From Octopus sinensis (Eukaryota), in the NCBI RefSeq assembly GCF_006345805.1, contig NC_043011.1:38514464-38578463 (forward strand): a stretch of DNA of 64,000 bases. The letters run 5' to 3'. This document shows positions 13,507 to 25,654 of this stretch, one piece after another; position 1 is the first letter of the stretch, and each line of letters opens with the position of its first letter. Made by a program: the position numbers and the translations under genes. The notes beneath the pieces were generated by a model, which was not told where the DNA came from, did not search any database, and saw only the letters and a list, made by a program, of their open reading frames with translations.

Positions 13507-13520
<14 letters not shown>
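12451..13520. repeat. Near-identical tandem duplication, ~530-bp unit
   Basis: GTAGTAATGT occurs at 12481 and 13011; the units differ almost only in the (TA)n tract; breakpoints lie in (CA)n. Confidence 0.95.
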
Positions 13521-13567
<47 letters not shown>

Positions 13568-13703
13568 ATACACACGACAGACTTCTTTCAGTTTCCGTCT
13601 ACCAAATCCATGCACAAGGCTTTGCTCAAGATGCCACGCTGTGGGACTGAACCTGGAACCATATGGCTGGTAAGCAAGCTACTTACAACACAGCCACCTC
13701 TGC
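13264..13703 (-). mobile_element. SINE family C, full length (3' half duplicated at 12737-12960)
   Basis: Complete head-to-tail match to other family C copies. Confidence 0.85.
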
Positions 13704-13864
13704 GTCTTTTCGGAAAAAAATCGAAGGTTGCCGTTAGAACATCTTCTGTAGGTATGATAGGTGTTCTACCATTGCACGAAATCAATCCTTCCATTTTCGC
13801 TACCTATCTTAGAAACTTTAATCTTACCAGTGGGAATTATTAAGTTATTGACGTCTTAAGGGCT

Positions 13865-14449
13865 TATATACCTTCGAGTGAACGTAAAATAATTCGTTTT
13901 TGGGACAGTAGATCTCGAAGTACATAAAGCCATATCGACAATATACGTAACTGTATATATATGTGCTTGTATGTATATTTATATATAGGTATATTTATGT
14001 GTATGTATTTATGTGTGTGTGAGTCTATATTTATGTATACGTATGCATGTTTGTATGTAAGTGGTTTAACAGAAATAAATGTATATGAATAAAATTTCAC
14101 CACTAAGTATAATGGTAGCCATATTTAACCTATTACTTCCTGTATTGAAAATATTTATATACCTTCGAGTTAACGTAAAATAATTCGTTTTTGGAACATT
14201 ATATCTCGAAGTACATAAAGCTATATCGATAATATACATAGCTGTATATATGTGTGTGAGGTATATTAATATGTAGGTATATTCTTGTATATGTATATAT
14301 GTGTGTGTGAGTCAATATTTATGTACACATATATGCATGTATGTATGTATGTAAGTGTTTTAACAGAAATAGATGTATATGAATGAAATTTCACTACTAC
14401 GTATAATGGTAGCCATATTTAACCTATTACTTCCTGTATTGACAATATT
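13865..14449. repeat. Diverged tandem duplication, ~290-bp unit
   Basis: TATACCTTCGAGT...TTACTTCCTGTATTGA occurs twice head-to-tail with scattered substitutions. Confidence 0.9.
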
Positions 14450-15461
14450 ATTTTATTGCAACACTCTTTAAAGCCAACTACATCAAATATTTAACGTAAA
14501 TATATAGTTGTACATTTATATGTAGTCTTACCTCTAATGGAACTAATAATACCACAAGTATTTTGTTTATGATATGATTAGTCCACTCAAATATAAACAA
14601 GTTACTAGATTCAGCGAGGACTAAGTGACTGTGGTGCTGAAGTATTGAGACAGTGAGAGAGAGATAAAGAGTTATTAAAATTATTAGTGGTCTCTAAAGC
14701 TACTTTCCCCAATATCCAAGTTATTTCCGTAATAAATATTAAAAAATGACTCAGAAATAAAAGAAATAAGAGTTAAAGAGACCAAGCTCTAATATGGCCC
14801 ATAAAAACTGATGAGCAAGTGAGTCTGAACTGGTGCATTGCACTCGTCAGTGACAAGGTCAAAGATGTGTAGTGAAACAGTTTAATACCTTATAGTATGC
14901 TTTCTTATCGCTAATGATTAACTTTTAATAAGTTTGTTGATTATCTGTGACATCGCTGACTGAACGGCCACTGAAATTCAATATATTGCAAATAATGAAA
15001 TTTGGTTGTATGCAGCTACCGGATGTCTACCACTGAAGAGACGAAGCACGTCAAAATAACATGATCAACCTGTTTCAGCGTATTTCTTTAGCGATGCAGA
15101 GATCAATAAGGCGACGAGGCCGTAGGAGCGATAGCAAGCCAGAGAAAATGCATAGCAGTACTTCATCGGGCTTTATTTTCTAATGTCAGCTTTGCCTTTT
15201 AACTTTGCAGGGGTCGATAAATTAAGTACCAGTCAAAAAGAGGGGTCGATGCAATAAACTTTTCCCCTTACCCTCAAAATTGACGACCTTAGGCCAAAAT
15301 TAGAAATAATTATTATTGATAGAGCAAAACCCTTTTGGTGAAGGAAGAGGAAGTGTTCCTCAAAACAAAGACCGGGTTCGAATGCATGACAGAGTGGACA
15401 CTGCTAAAGGTCCTCCAGGTTTCTGATGGTAGGGGTCAAGCCGGGCCGTGGATTTAATCTA

Positions 15462-15832
15462 CAGGGTGATTCAAAAGTATCCGGACATAGGAAAACAAAA
15501 TTTATAAGAAACGGTTTATAAGATGCCCTAGATCCTCTGATCTGACTCCTCTTGATTTCTATCTCTGGGGGCAGTTGAAAGGCATGGCGTACCGCGGAAA
15601 GACAAAATACATAAATCATTTGAAGGAATGCATCACCAACTCATTTTCACAATTGTCACCAGATGTGCTATTACGAGTTCACCATGAGTGGGGTGAACGT
15701 ATTGCTATGTGTATTTAAAAAAACGGTGACCATTTAGAACTTGGTAAATAAAGAAAAACTGTTCTTATAAACTGTTTCTTATAAAAAAAAAGATTAATGT
15801 TTCCTATGTATGGCGACTTTTGAATCACCCTG
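15462..15832 (+). mobile_element. Internally deleted Tc1/mariner element with transposase C-terminus, copy 2
   Basis: TA-CAGGGTGATTCAAAAGT...ACTTTTGAATCACCCTG-TA. Internal frame CPRSSDLTPLDFYLWGQLKGMAY...KECITNSF...LLRVHHEWGERIAMCI*KNGDHLE matches the WPPRSPDLTPLDFFLWG motif around the third catalytic Asp. Confidence 0.9.
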
Positions 15833-16179
15833 TACTATACAAGGGGATCGGGACATGATTTGAACTGAGAATGTTAAAAACAGGATCAAAATGTTATAAG
15901 TTATTCAACCCGATCTTTTATTCCTTCGTCGATAAACACGCAAGATTGATATTGCTTTATCGATCGCGAAAGGAGAAAAGCTGGATTAGAATTCAGGAGG
16001 TAGGAACAAATACAGTAAAGCATTTACATTCGTTGCTCTGCCGCTTGTAAATGTTTTCTCATGAAGACACAAGGCTTGAAATATTATGAGTGTAGTAGGA
16101 GCATTCAATGCCTTCTATTCCTGTATCAGAATGGTATTTTATATACAGAATGGTACTATATATCCTAAATGAGTATATA

Positions 16180-16405
16180 TTTCTTTACTACCCACAAGGG
16201 GCTAAACATAGAGGGGACAAACAAGGACAGACAAACGGATTAAGTCGATTACATCGACCCCAGTGCGTAACTGGTACTTAATTTATCGACCCCAAAAGGA
16301 TGAAAGGCGAAGTCGACCTCGGCGGAATTTGAACTCAGAACGTAACGGCAGACGAAATACGGTTACGCATTTCGTCCGGCGTGCTAACGTCTTTGCAAAC
16401 TCGCC
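16180..16405 (-). mobile_element. SINE family A, near full length
   Basis: From TATTTCTTTACTACCCACAAGG tail to GCTAACG...CTCGCC head; B box GAGTTCAAATTCC on the minus strand. Confidence 0.9.
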
Positions 16406-16429
16406 TACATGAGTATATGTTGTTTGTTT

Positions 16430-16706
16430 CCTCTTGAGCCAGTCCTATTTTCCCGGTTTCCTTGGCGTATAGGTTCCCCACCTGGACGAGACGCCGGTCC
16501 GTCGTAGGTGAGCTGCATATTGCAGGAAGAAAGAGTGAGAGAAAGTTGTAGCGAAAGAGTTAGCAGAGGTTCGCCATTACCTTCTGCCGGAGCCGCGTGG
16601 AGCTTAGGTGTTTTGCTCATAAACACACACATCGCCCGGTCTGAGATTCGAACCCGCGATCCCTCAACTGCGAGTCCGCTGCTCTGACCACTAGGCCATG
16701 TGCTTC
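16430..16706 (-). mobile_element. SINE family B (head H2 + tail T2)
   Basis: Matches 5731-6038. Confidence 0.85.
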
Positions 16707-17342
16707 CACTAACTGAATATAAGATAAATTTCTTCCTTAGTGGGATTTGAACTCATAACGTACAGCATTGAAACGAACATGGCAATAATTGTCTCCGACG
16801 ACTGCACGATTCTACAAGCTCTCCACCTTGCTGCCTTTTTTCTCTCTCTCTCTCTCTCTCTCTCTCCTCCCTCTCTGCCAACTATTCTACAAGCTCTCCA
16901 CCTTGTCGCCTTTTCTCTCTCTCTCTCTCTCTGCCAACTATAACTAATTTATAAATAAAATCTGTGAAGATGCGTATGATTTTACTGAAGTTTAACGTGT
17001 AACAATTAACGTTTCTGTTATCCAAATACCAGTGATGGAACAGAGATTCTTTGCAAGAGAAACCAGTTCCTTACTTACAGAACGAATTCAAATAATTACA
17101 ACAGAAAGAAACATACCTGACTGTTTATCTGTGCTTCAAATTGGTGCTGTCTCTCTGTAAACATGTAATTGTTTTAGTTTCAATGCAACTGTTTCAGATA
17201 AAGTCACTAGTCAAGCAAGCACAACTAGAAACTATATCCAATTCTCCCCGCTTGTTCTGCCCTCTCTCACACCTGTATTTCTCACAACTTCCATGCATAC
17301 ACAGACACACGCATATACGTACATATAAGTCACTTTGTATTT

Positions 17343-17375
<33 letters not shown>

Positions 17376-17580
17376 CACTTACTCACACACACGTACACAC
17401 AGACGTACACTCGCTTTACTTTTCACACATACATACAAACACAGATGCATATATCTGCCCCCTTCCCTCAGTTTCTTTCTCTGTATATACATATACACAC
17501 ATACATACGTATATGCAGCACCTATATGTGTGTATGTACGTACATATACTCGACTGATATTTATTTATATGAATGGTATC

Positions 17581-17618
<38 letters not shown>

Positions 17619-18186
17619 TATATAAATGTGTGTGTGTGTGTGTGTATGTGTGTATGTATACACAGATATGCATGTGTATATATACACAGCTATTCATGCA
17701 TATGTATATATATATATATGCATGTGTGCGTATGTCTAAATATATGTATGCATACTTACATACGTACATTTACATACATACACACATAACCGTTTATGTG
17801 CGTTTTAAATCTCATACATGACACTTGAGCGATGCAAATTTTCTCAATCTGAACACACGATCTCCGATGATGTCACTTGCGAAGCACGTACAGTTCCAAC
17901 ATTGCTTTTCAAAGTTCCAACTTATAATCTGATCAACACAATACTCTGCTCACAAATAAACACATCATATCAAACAAAACACGAGAGAAATGGCAGACTA
18001 TTGACTAAATTGTCTGACTCTATTTAATTTAGTCACTCCACTTTCTACAGTTTGAAATATATTAGGTTAATCTTTAGCTTTTAATCGTTCTTGATCTAGG
18101 GTCAACCTCCGTCAATCAGAGCTGGCGGCTCTTTATCTGGAGTGCTACTGAGTGTGTGCAATGTTTGTTAGTATGTAAGTGTGTGT

Positions 18187-18223
<37 letters not shown>

Positions 18224-18585
18224 AAGACTGACAGTTATATATGCATGCGAGCCATCTACTTCCGTGCCACCAATATTTATCCAACGAAAAAGCCGCCTAT
18301 TTAGGGTCAATATAGATGGCGTTGCAGGCATTGGTTTTGGAATACAGAAGGGCGAAATAGAACTCCGCAAGACATTTCATATGAGTTTTTACAATTCCGC
18401 CAATCTTTTCCCTGGATTGCTGGAATTGCTTTTTATTTATCGCGAAAGGATGGATGGAAAAGTTGACTTCGGTGGGATTTGAATTCAGTGTAGAAAGCCT
18501 CGGAAATTACCACGTCGTGTCAAAACCAACACACTAACCACTGTTCCTATTCACCACCATTTTCACCTCAATGTTGTGTATTCGT

Positions 18586-18915
18586 GTGGTGGTGGTGGTG
18601 GTGGTGGTGGTGGTTGCGGCGGTGGCGGTGGCGGTGGCGGCGGCGGTGGCTGCGGTGGCGGCGGCGGTGGCTGCGGTGGTCGGGGGGTCATGGCGGTGGT
18701 GGGGGTTCATGGCGGTGATGGTGGTGGTGGCAGTGGTGGCGATGGTGGCGGTGGTCGTCGTGCTGCATGTGCAAGTTCTAGTGCTGTGGTGATGCTGACG
18801 GTGCTGGTGGTGCTGGTGGTGCTGGTGCTGGTGCTAGAGCTCGTGGTGCTGGGCTGGTACTGCAGCTGCTGTTCGTGGTGCATGTGGTGGCGGTGGTGCT
18901 GCCGCTGGTGTTGAT
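18586..18915. repeat. GC-rich (GGT)/(GGC)/(GCT) trinucleotide mosaic
   Basis: Direct reading; the only strongly GC-rich block in the window. Confidence 0.9.
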
Positions 18916-19080
18916 GACGCCACGTGGCTTCGGATCAAAATTAGTCGAACAAAAATATGATTAAATACCTCCCAACTAATCTTTATAAGTATATGACAAG
19001 CATCGTATCTTTGTGGCTGCTGTCGTTTAGCACCAGATCAGCCCTTAACCAGGAAGCCTATGACCAGAGATAGTGAACGT

Positions 19081-19386
19081 ACGTGACTTAGTACATAGGG
19101 CATTTCGGTCACGATCGTAAAGTCGCTAGTTCGATTCCCAGCGGCGTGATGTGTCCTTCAGCAAGATTCTTTATTTCACGTTGCTCAAGACCACTCAACT
19201 AGCAAAACTGTATTTCAAAGGGCCAGCCTTGTCACATTCTGTGTCATGCTGAATCTCCCAGAGAACTACATTAAGAGTACGAATATCTGAGGAGTGTTCA
19301 GCGAATTGCACTTTTATTTCATGAACAGGCTGTTCCGTTGAACGGGTCAACCAGAACCTTCGTCGTCGTAACCGATGGAGTACCAA
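19081..19386 (+). mobile_element. SINE family B (head H1 + tail T1)
   Basis: Matches 44294-44610. Confidence 0.8.
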
Positions 19387-20504
19387 TTTCAATTAAATAT
19401 ATTGCATTTGTGTAAGTAAATCGAATGTATCCAAGACATTATTCAACATTATTCAATGCATCGTCACCATTACCTTTCTTTGTAGATTGTAAAGATCATT
19501 TGGCTGCTGTTTCTTGCAAGTCAAGCTATCGCATAGAGGCTTAGTCTTCTAATTACTATTTTATACTTTAACACTTGTTTTACATATTACCCTGCGGTCG
19601 TACAGAGCCGATTTAAGGCAAAAGCATGGTTGATATGATGGGAGATTCGTCTGTTATTTCTAGCAAGTGTATACAGACCGTCTGGAACCTTCCTCCTCGT
19701 TGATTCATCATTATGATATCAGTTTAGTATTTTGAATCTCATGAGCTACACATTAATTGTAAAAACTGATACTCGCTATGCGTTAACATGTTTGTGTAAT
19801 GCTAGTTTGAAAGTAAAACAAATATCTGCGTCTGGTTATAAAATATTAAATCTAATTTGTTAATTATTCTAATGGTCAATATAATACTTTCATTTCAAAT
19901 TTTCTTTACAGCCTATTCTCTTGTTAAATACGAAACCTCATTACTAAGTTAATTAGAATTTTTGATAAGAGGAAATTTTAGATAAATTTTCAGCTTCTAT
20001 CATGAGAACAACGAGCTAGAGTAAAGATTAGTGTATTATTAATTAGAAAGTGTCACTGACCGCATATTTATAGAACACAATTTTCCAATATCGTCAACAT
20101 CTTAAATAACCAAAGTAGGGTTAATTAAATACGGTGATTAAGATATATTAGAAGTGAGCAAACGCTATTCGCATAGACGAACTGCACGAGTTTTCTTTTC
20201 GTTCAAAGTATAGCAAATGAATGAGATAATTTCAACATTTCGTCTATACTAATAAATGAGCGTTGCAGCGGTCTGTATCTATAAGGTAGGAGTCTACGGG
20301 CCAAAAGTTTGCTCGACATACCATTGGTATTCCACTCGTCTGCTCTGTATTATTGGACGTAATGCGTGACTTTAGGTGGAACTCATAAAGTGCTTAAGTA
20401 TGCATCTCAAAGTTTTCGTTTACGTCTTATATTTTATAGAAGTGCACTACAGTGGCTAAGAGTTGTTTTGGTTCTTATTTCGAGCAACGCTGGTGCTGAC
20501 TAGC

Positions 20505-20720
20505 AGCCTTATCATTACTGGTACTTTAAACTCTTCGGTTGCATATTTGTGGGATTAAAATCGTTTTTCTTTGGAATAGAAAATATGTCTATGTCTATTT
20601 CTTCTTTTCCTTATGTCGCAAATTCAGTTTAAATCAGTGTTTCTCAAAGTGGAGGCCTATGGAACGGTCGGACAAAATGTTTTGAGAAAATTTGGTTTAA
20701 ATGTTTGACAACTCAGCAGG
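20505..20720. repeat. Unclassified dispersed repeat (second copy 33330-33545)
   Basis: CAGCCTTATCATTACTGGTAC...CAGTGTTTCTCAAAG...GTTTGACAACTCAGCA shared in the same orientation. Confidence 0.8.
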
Positions 20721-20957
20721 GGTGGACGGTTTGCTCGTGTATATATATGTGTGTGTGTGTATCTATGTATATGTATGTATATATAAATAGGTGTGTGTAT
20801 TTTTCCCTTGTTAACAATTAACATGGAAAAAAATAGGTAAATTGTTACAAGGATAGCAAAAAATCACACAAGTAAAAAGGGTGTAACACCTTGTTTTTAA
20901 AGGTAGAAACTCTGGGTTTACGTGAAATATTTTGTATAACATATATATATATATATA

Positions 20958-21133
20958 TATAAATGGAGTTAAACGCAGGTGTTATTCAAATTCTTTTAAT
21001 TCTGACACATATTTCGAATATATCACTGGTATTATATCAAAGGAATAAAATGGTGTAAAGCAATGTAATCTTCTGAAGAGACGATTTGAAGTAAAAGGAT
21101 TTGAATAACACCTGTGTTTAACTCCATTTATAT
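20958..21133. mobile_element. Short element with ~40-bp inverted ends, inserted in (TA)n
   Basis: ATAAATGGAGTTAAACGCAGGTGTTATTCAAATTCTTT versus the reverse complement of AAAGGATTTGAATAACACCTGTGTTTAACTCCATTTAT; 2 mismatches. Confidence 0.75.
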
Positions 21134-21294
21134 GTATATATATATATATTTCCCCGTCACTTAGCGGTTCGGCAAAAAGAGGCCGATAGAATAAGTACTG
21201 GGCTTACAAAGAATAAGTCCCGGGGTCGATTTGCTCGACTAAAAGGCGGTGCTCCAGCATGGCCGCAGTCAAATGACTGAATCGAGTTAAAGAG

Positions 21295-21326
<32 letters not shown>

Positions 21327-21564
21327 TTTGTGCGCATCTTTCGAGCGGTAGCCTACTAAGCTAATAAGGCCCAGACATCTATTTCTTCACTGTTACCACA
21401 CTAGAATGCCTTGCTTTACAAGATATGGGTGAATTTCAGTGGAATACTTCGAGTGCATAAGCATGCATTTCAAAGTTTTTATGGATGTATGGTGCAGATA
21501 TTTGCTTTGCAACAACATGGTTCCGGGTTCAGTCTCACTACATGGCACCTTGAGTAAGTTTACG

Positions 21565-21705
21565 TGACTGGTACTTATTTAATCGACCCCGAAAGGATGA
21601 AAGGCAAAGTCGACCTTGGTCGAATTTGAACTCAGAACGTAGCGACAGACGAAATACCGCTTTGCATTTCGCCAGCGTGCTAACATTTCAGCCAGCTCAC
21701 CGCCT
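21565..21705 (-). mobile_element. SINE family A
   Basis: GACTGGTACTTATTTAATCGACCCCGAAAGGATGAAAGGCAAAGTCGAC...GCTCACCGCC. Confidence 0.85.
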
Positions 21706-22248
21706 TATAGATTGAAACCATTGAAATAACGTTGTGGAGCAATTCTGCTAAATAATTTATTAGTATTCGTATTACTAAATATATTTTACAGCCGTAAATA
21801 TTTTCGCAGAAGGGTTAAAAAATTTTCTGACTTTCATAAAATTACTAAAGTTTATTTTTAATGAAAAAAAAATAATGAATTTGGAATAAAAATATAATTT
21901 TTTGGCAGAAAACAAACAAATAACTGTATTTATTATTAAAATGATTATCACATTGAGAAATATATCTACTTATTCTTTTTGTTGGTTTATTGCATGCCTC
22001 TTTTGAAAAAAAAACCTATAATTTTATTTTAATACAAGCACGAAAAACAGTTGATATATTATAAAAATCCCATATACTATTTTAGATAAATAAATGCGGA
22101 AAATGAGAAAGAAAGCAAAAATGTTGGAGTAAAATTAATCTAAGAAAACAATCATTAATCCAAAACAGAATGATCAAAAGAGATGCATTTTTCTTCCATT
22201 AAAAGCATTATGTCTCTCTATGTGTATGCAATATCTGTGAGTGTATGC

Positions 22249-22284
<36 letters not shown>

Positions 22285-23180
22285 GAGGGAGTGAGATAGA
22301 TAGACAGATAGATGCAGGTATGTATATAATACATACGCACATAACCACACATGTATATACGTAAATAAGATCACACACAAACCTTGCCTTCCAACGTATT
22401 TCTAGATATACATGCATACATACACGCACACATACTTGTATATATATACATGCTTACATACATACATACTTATAATACATACATACATACTTATAATACA
22501 TACATACATACATACATTCGTTGATTTCCATATCTGAGAACCTTCAGTTGCCAGGGTGTCGTGTGAGTTAACATGAAACAAATTTTATTAAACATGCAAT
22601 TGCACAGTTTGAATTTTCAGAGATTAAAAAAAAGGACCAAGGAAATAGAAACACGTATACGAAAGCATGTGAAGAATATAGATAGAATTTGGAATTCTCT
22701 AAGGAAATCTGCACTTCTCTATTCCATTATGAACTCAAACAGCTGTTATTTCCATTTAATCAATACACCTTGAAACACAAAGTGCCCACTTATATCTGAA
22801 CACTACTTGCTTTTTTATATACAAACAACTTAATTTCTACGATAGAAAAGAAGTGCGTTTTGTTCAAATTGAATTTACCTGGTTTAGTTTAATACTTTAC
22901 GATTTGTAGCGATTTAAAATGCTCTTCAAATTACACAATGGGCAGCCGTTTTCTCGCTTGTATTATATAATAAAGTTCTCAATTAAGAAATTAAAGCGTC
23001 TAACAGCGTTAGTGATATGATTTTATAAGATCTGCTAACCCACTTAAAGCGTATTTTTGAGTTGTCAAACTTAAGATATATACTTTCTAAGTTTTCTTCT
23101 TAGACACAAAGATTTGCGATTATTTCAAGAGTGAAGGAAATCATATTCAGCTCGGTTGATTTAACAACAACAACAACAGC

Positions 23181-23232
<52 letters not shown>

Positions 23233-23234
23233 GC

Positions 23235-23385
23235 TTAAGTTTTTGCCTCAAGGGCAGTCAGTTTGGGGGAGGGGATGAGTCGATTACATCGGCCCCATTG
23301 TTTCACTGGTACTCAATTTGTCGACCCCGAAAAGGGATGAAAGGCAAAGTCGACCTCGGCGGAAACTGAACTCAGAACGTAACCA
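23235..23385 (-). mobile_element. SINE family A fragment between (AAT)n and (GAA)n arrays
   Basis: GTCGACCCCGAAAAGGGATGAAAGGCAAAGTCGACCTCGGCGG. Confidence 0.8.
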
Positions 23386-24139
23386 CAGCGATTTAAGAAG
23401 AAGAAGTAGAAGAAGAAGAAGAAGAAGAAGAAGAAGAAGAAGGAGAAAAGAAGAAGGAGAAAAAGAAGAAGAAAAAGAAGAAGAAGAAAAAGAAGAAGAA
23501 GAAAAAGAAGAAGAAGAAGAGGAAGAAGAATGGTGATGATGGTGAGGGAAAGCAGGGTGATGACGATGATGATCATTTTCATCGTTGTCGTCATCGTCGT
23601 CACTATTTCTTTTCTTCAGCACAGGTGTGCCAATAATATTAATATAGCTGACAAATATAAGACCAAAACAAAACTGCACTTAACAAAAGGTAACGTTGTG
23701 TTTGATATTGTAGTGGCAGAGAGTAATAATGTTTATAACAAATATAGACACAGAAATTAGATAATCAGATCAGAACCACGAACAGAAATATTTTAACACA
23801 GATGGAAGTGATAGCACACAAGACATAAATGAAGGAAAAATTAGGATGAATTAAGAAAAGAGCATTCTGTGAAGTGAAAACACGCAACCAACTGATTAGA
23901 CTTTTAGTCGATCGTTTGTATGGCGCTGAGTTTCGATCCTCGGACAGGGTACTGTGTTTGCAACCTTGAGCAAGCCAATTTGATTTATGTTGCTCCAGCC
24001 AGATCAGGCGATTATTTTTCGCTCTTTATTAATATTGTTACCGTGAATTTTTCTTTTTGACTCTGATGGAGCATGCGCCGGTATTTGGTTTTGTGCAAAT
24101 TTCGTCCCTCCTTTAAAAGTAAGTATCCATGCGAATAAG

Positions 24140-24548
24140 GCGGTAATCTTGTAGAAACTTTAGCACGCCAGGCGAAATGCGTAGCTGTATTTCGTCTGCT
24201 GTTACGTTCTGAGTTCAAATTCCGCTGAGGTCGACTTTGCTTTTCATCCTTTCGGGGTCGATAAATTAAGTACCAGTTACGCACTGGGGTCGATGTTAAT
24301 CAGTTTGTCTCTCCTTGTTTGGCCCCTCTGTGTTTAGCCCCTTGTGGGTAGTAAAGAAATAGATATTTCGTCTAATGCTATGTTCAGAGTTCAAATTCCG
24401 CCTATGGTCGACTTTGCCTTTCATCCTTTCGGGGTCGATAAATCAAGTACCAGTTATGCACTGGGGTCGATGTTATCGGCTTAATCCCTTTGTCTGTCCT
24501 TGTTTGTTCACTCTATGTTTGGCCCTTGTGGGTAGTAAAGACATAGGT
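24140..24548 (+). mobile_element. SINE family A dimer
   Basis: Full copy followed by a headless second unit joined at GTAAAGAAATAG|ATATTTCGTCT. Confidence 0.85.
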
Positions 24549-24989
24549 ATCCATGCGAATAATCATCTTCAATGATTTTTAGAATTTAGTGTGTGCAAAA
24601 CTATTTCTTCTTTTGTGATTTTATTGTAAAACATGTGCGCATGTATGAGGACAAAGCTTAGAGGGACCTCTGGCGGGGAGGACATTTGAGGAAATCTTCA
24701 GCACCTTGTTTTATGGATTCTGAAGCGTTAAAAGACAATCCATCTCGGCGAGATTCCAAGAAATAAGACAAAAAGTGATGTGAGGATATATGTGTGACCT
24801 TCCTGGAAGTTTCCTTTTTTTATTATTTGTTTTACTTTTCGTTTGGAGGTTTTGAGTAGTCTTTATTCTCTCAACTACCAAAATTTCTGCTCCGTATCAG
24901 TGCACAAAGCGGCACCAAATCTATATTAAATATGTCTTAAACTTATTGCTGTAAATTATTACATACATACATACATACATACATTATAT

Positions 24990-25388
24990 GTGTGGTAAGT
25001 AGCTCGCTTATCAACCACATGGTTCCGGGTTCAGTCCCACTGCGTGGCACCTTGGGCAAGTGTCTTCTACTATAGCCTCGGGCCGACCAAAATCTTGTGA
25101 GTAGATTTGGTAGACGGAAACTGAAAGAAGCCCGTCGTATATATATGTATATATATATATATATATGCGTGTGTGTGTTTGTGTGTGTGTGTTTGTGTGT
25201 GTGTGTTTGTCCCCATGGCATTGCTTGTGTGTTTATGTCCCCGTTACTTAGCGGATCGGCAAAAGCGACAGATAGAATAAGTACTGGGCTTACAAAAGAA
25301 TAAGTCCGGGGTCGAGTTGCTCGATTAAAGGCGGTGCTCCAGCATGGCCGCAGTCAAATGACTGAAACAAGTAAAAGAGTAAAAGATA
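24990..25388 (+). mobile_element. SINE family C, well preserved
   Basis: GTGTGGTAAGTAGCTCGCTT...GGGTTCAGTCCC...CCTTGGGCAAGTGTCTT...(TA)n(GT)n...GACTGAAACAAGTAAAAGAGTAAAAG. Confidence 0.9.
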
Positions 25389-25398
25389 CATATATATA

Positions 25399-25449
<51 letters not shown>

Positions 25450-25607
25450 AACATATATATGAGTGTGTGTGTGTATATATAAAGATATCTAGATACATAT
25501 AAACATACATACATGTGTGTATGTATGTTTGTATATATATTCATATATATATACATATATATGAATATATATGTAATTCGCGCACACACACAAAGACACA
25601 CACACAC

Positions 25608-25654
<47 letters not shown>

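Noticed and set aside
18571-18914. Gly-rich and Ala/Val-rich ORFs
   Set aside because: Pure trinucleotide mosaic, open in multiple frames, with no splice or homology support.
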